The notes under the pieces were generated by a model. The model was given only the letters and a program-made list of their open reading frames with translations. It did not search any database and had not been told where the DNA came from. The translations under genes were made by a program, and so were the position numbers. A stretch of 62,104 nucleotides of DNA, the filler included, from Circinaria calcarea (taxonomy: Eukaryota), in assembly GCA_051942165.1 (NCBI GenBank). It is 7 parts of 7 records of this genome, joined end to end, with 100 filler letters (N's around TTAATTAATTAA, not from the genome) between each part and the next. Parts side by side here need not be neighbours in the genome. Positions count along the whole stretch, not along the records: positions 53,335 to 62,104 come from JAVECS010001051.1; 6 more parts are not named here. One strand, 5' to 3'. The stretch's first letter is position 1. Every line of letters begins with the position of its first letter. Shown piece after piece: positions 59,311 through 62,104 of this stretch.

Positions 59311-61186
59311 CTACGTCCCTGTCAGGAGGCAGGTTTCACAACATTTATGCTGACAGTACATGTCAACACATTTCCCACCTGGAAATCCACTCCAAGTATG
59401 GCAACGACAGCAATTTATTTTCTTAATGCGTTTGATCCCTCCTGCTTCAAGCCGCCGTTGAGTCTCACGCGCTCGGTCCCGGTTATGTTTTGTGACTATC
59501 GCTCGGGATTCGTCTGGATCGAAGTCTGTCATCTGAAATGGGCTCTGGTCAATATCTTTTTCAGCGGCTCTCTGAGCCTCATCGTTCCCAAATTCCGCAG
59601 ATATTTGCACAGATTTGCTCCTTTGTGTCGGTGGAGGATCATGTCCACCAGTGATGGAACCTAAGATAGCCTAGGTATGGTCATGGTCCCACTTTCGATC
59701 TCTGCTGTCGAGGTCTGATCGATTGGGTGAACATTGTCGTGTCTCTCCAAAGGCAGTCCACCCAATCTCGGATTCCTGGACGGATCTATCCCTATCTCGG
59801 AGCACCATGGAGTTGTTGGGCAGCAGAATATATGGTAGCATTGCTACCTAAGTATGTAACTTAGGAACTATCTATATTACGAGGAAGCGCTTTTATGGAG
59901 TGTAGAGAGTGTTGAGCATGGACCTCCTAGTAACACATGCTCGGTAAGCCCTATGACTTCCAACAGGAGTTCCGTGGACTTTCGCTCTTCTCCGTTGATG
60001 CAAGGCCTGCTCCATGAGCAACGGGATCCAAGGAAGGCATCTCAGGTAAAGGGTTCTGAAGGCAGGAATGGTATGTGTCCGGGGATGCTATTCCTAATGA
60101 TGGTGTGGACGGTTTCCTAGATGCCGATGTAGATGGCTGCCCTCGGCTTGTATTGTTCTGGAGTGTCTGCATCGAGCTGTCCGTTGCTTCTTCTGATTGA
60201 ATTCGATGGAGTCTGAAACCAGTGGAGATGCTACGGGCACACAGATGATGGAGCGCACCGAAAAACAGGAAAATCTGCGTTACAAGTCAGCAGAATGCCT
60301 TCATGGTGAGTCTCGTTGACTGACCAGTCGGAGCCAATCTCGCCATTGGGGTAGTTGGTGCCCGAGTATCAGAAACACCAAGGCCACGACAAGAACCAAA
60401 GTACAGGTTATGGCTGCTATGCGCCAGGCTGTCACATTTGATGCTGGATATAGCTGTACGTGGAAAAGGATAGACCAATAGAGTAGAGTAAAAAACAGAT
60501 ACTCTATAAAAGAGGTAACTGAAAGTGTCCAAAAAGATAGGATTTCCCGGTGCAACCTATATATCAGATCAGCACACTGTCATCACACAGTTTTAGGTAT
60601 GGTGTACCTATGGTAAGGTGGGAAAGGTAGAAATTTCGATACTGTTGATAACTGGTTTGCTAACACGCAGATACACTTCAAGCGCCGGTGTGGTATCCAA
60701 GGCTCAAGCGCCGACCCGATCAGGGACTAAGATCGCAGGTGAGCACTGGGGTTGGTAAGATAGACTGAAGGAGGCAGACCTCTGACCATGCGATACTTGC
60801 TAAAGAGCCGCGAAGAAAAACATCAAATATCAGGTAAAGCTTTGGCTGCGAGAGTTTGCATAGTGGTAGAACTTCGTAGTTTAGCGCCAGCAATCGAAAT
60901 CTTGATCAGACCCGATGGAACTCATACCCTATAAAATAGCCACGGTCACCAATCCGAAGTCATTCAAGATTTGGCAGATGCTGATCCAAGTTTGAGGATC
61001 TGAGACGGAGCAGCGCCGCTGTGCATGCCGAAAATGGAGTATAAGGATAGAAGCAGGAAGAAGGAGAACGGAGATGATAAGGCAGCCTACACGGAATCCC
61101 AGTGTGCATACTTCCGTAGCAAGCATGATAAGGCGGTCAACTAGTACAGGCAAAACTGCAAGATGGGAACAAGGCAAACAAGGCAT
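59311..61186 (-). pseudogene. Membrane protein with C-terminal Cys-rich (double zinc-ribbon-like) tail, disrupted by LTR and nonsense codon
   Basis: TM-rich exons (60929-61186, 60320-60555). Removing the LTR plus one TSD restores the frame through to CCRCH..CVDMYCQHKCCETC*, apart from TAG at 59671-59673. The 5' end is uncertain. Confidence 0.6.
59814..59965 (-). mobile_element. Solo LTR family A, 152 bp, TSD GGAGT
   Basis: TGTTG...TTCCAACA flanked by GGAGT at 59809-59813 and 59966-59970. Confidence 0.92.
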
Positions 61187-61849
61187 ACTTATATCATTGT
61201 GGCACTTAGGGAACCTACAAGCAGTCTCTCCATCTCAATTGGAAAACCCATTCGAAATCGTCCTCTCATTGCCACCACATAAATCTAGTAGCCGTGGGGA
61301 AAGTCGACCAACAATGCGAAAGAGCACCTCGGTGCAAGCTGGGGAGCCCACGCGCCCAAATCGATCATTGAGGTTTGGAGTGTGATTAAATCCCCACAAC
61401 CATTACTACAATGGCGTTATGGTCTGCTTTCTCAGGAAACCCGCAACAATCCTTTGTGCTTTCATAGTGTTACTAAACGAGAATCTGCTCAATCTCCAGG
61501 CATCATTAAAGTTGACTGGACAAATCCACGTTCAAATAGCCAGGGATGTGCGAGCTAGGAAGAACAAATCCGGCGGGGAAAATTATAATGGACTGGGTTC
61601 ACAACGCAAGCAAAAAGGATTGACAAGCCCAACGTGTACTTACACCTGGTAGGCTCGAGAAGAAAAATATGGTGAGCCGGCCCACTGACTCGAGTTCTTT
61701 GTCTCGTTTGCGATCCTTCAACTATGATCTTGTTGCATCTCGATAAAGAAATTACGAGCTGGCGAAGCAGGGGAAGATTTGGAACCGCAAATAAACAGAT
61801 CGGGTGGTTGGGAAAAACCCGTGCATTGGTTCTTACCTTTAGCTATCAT

Positions 61850-62104
61850 TATTGGAAATATTTAATATTATACTTCTTAAGGGAAATAAAGACCATATTA
61901 ATATAGAATTTATTCAATATTTATTTATTATTTATTTTACCAAATTATATCGATTATATTTCCACGCGGCGCTCCGGACCCTAATAATAATAAAATAATT
62001 AAACGAATTAATATAAAAATAATAATTTATAAAATTATACCTCGAACCTTTCATAAATAATAATATTATAATTAATATAATAAAAACGAGATTTTATAAA
62101 TCTG
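61850..62104. repeat. Very AT-rich, TpA-rich tract (likely heavily RIP-mutated repeat edge)
   Basis: Abrupt shift to AT-rich sequence dense in TAA/ATA with residual GC islands; runs to the window end. Confidence 0.55.

Overview
This is eukaryotic DNA from a filamentous ascomycete (Pezizomycotina-type GT-AG introns, dispersed 5S genes, RIP-like mutations). It is not one locus. Seven contigs of decreasing length (8804, 8798, 8795, 8791, 8774, 8772, 8770 bp) are joined by artificial 100-bp N44-TTAATTAATTAA-N44 linkers, so adjacency across a linker carries no meaning. Contigs 1, 2, 5 and most of 6 hold housekeeping genes: LSM12, a TPT transporter, GND1, an RRM protein, TilS-like, PET8/SAM5, MSC2-like, ALG1, a TFIIIC subunit, DJ-1/PfpI, DUF2470 and NmrA-like. 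Contigs 3, 4 and 7 are accessory or decaying. They contain a RIP-mutated NACHT-ankyrin NLR, an ABCC transporter with suspicious lesions, PTH11-like receptors, an HXXHC oxidase pseudogene next to an MFS transporter, a P450 pseudogene, solo LTRs with 5-bp TSDs and a 52-bp hAT-like MITE. The most notable observations are: one solo-LTR family whose three copies all sit in coding sequence; a stand-alone PD-(D/E)XK nuclease-like gene convergent with an orphan gene; a tandem paralog pair sharing an uncharacterised domain; an internally duplicated orphan membrane protein; and two strongly diverged 5S rRNA copies. All exon structures and family calls were made by eye, and no database searches were run.
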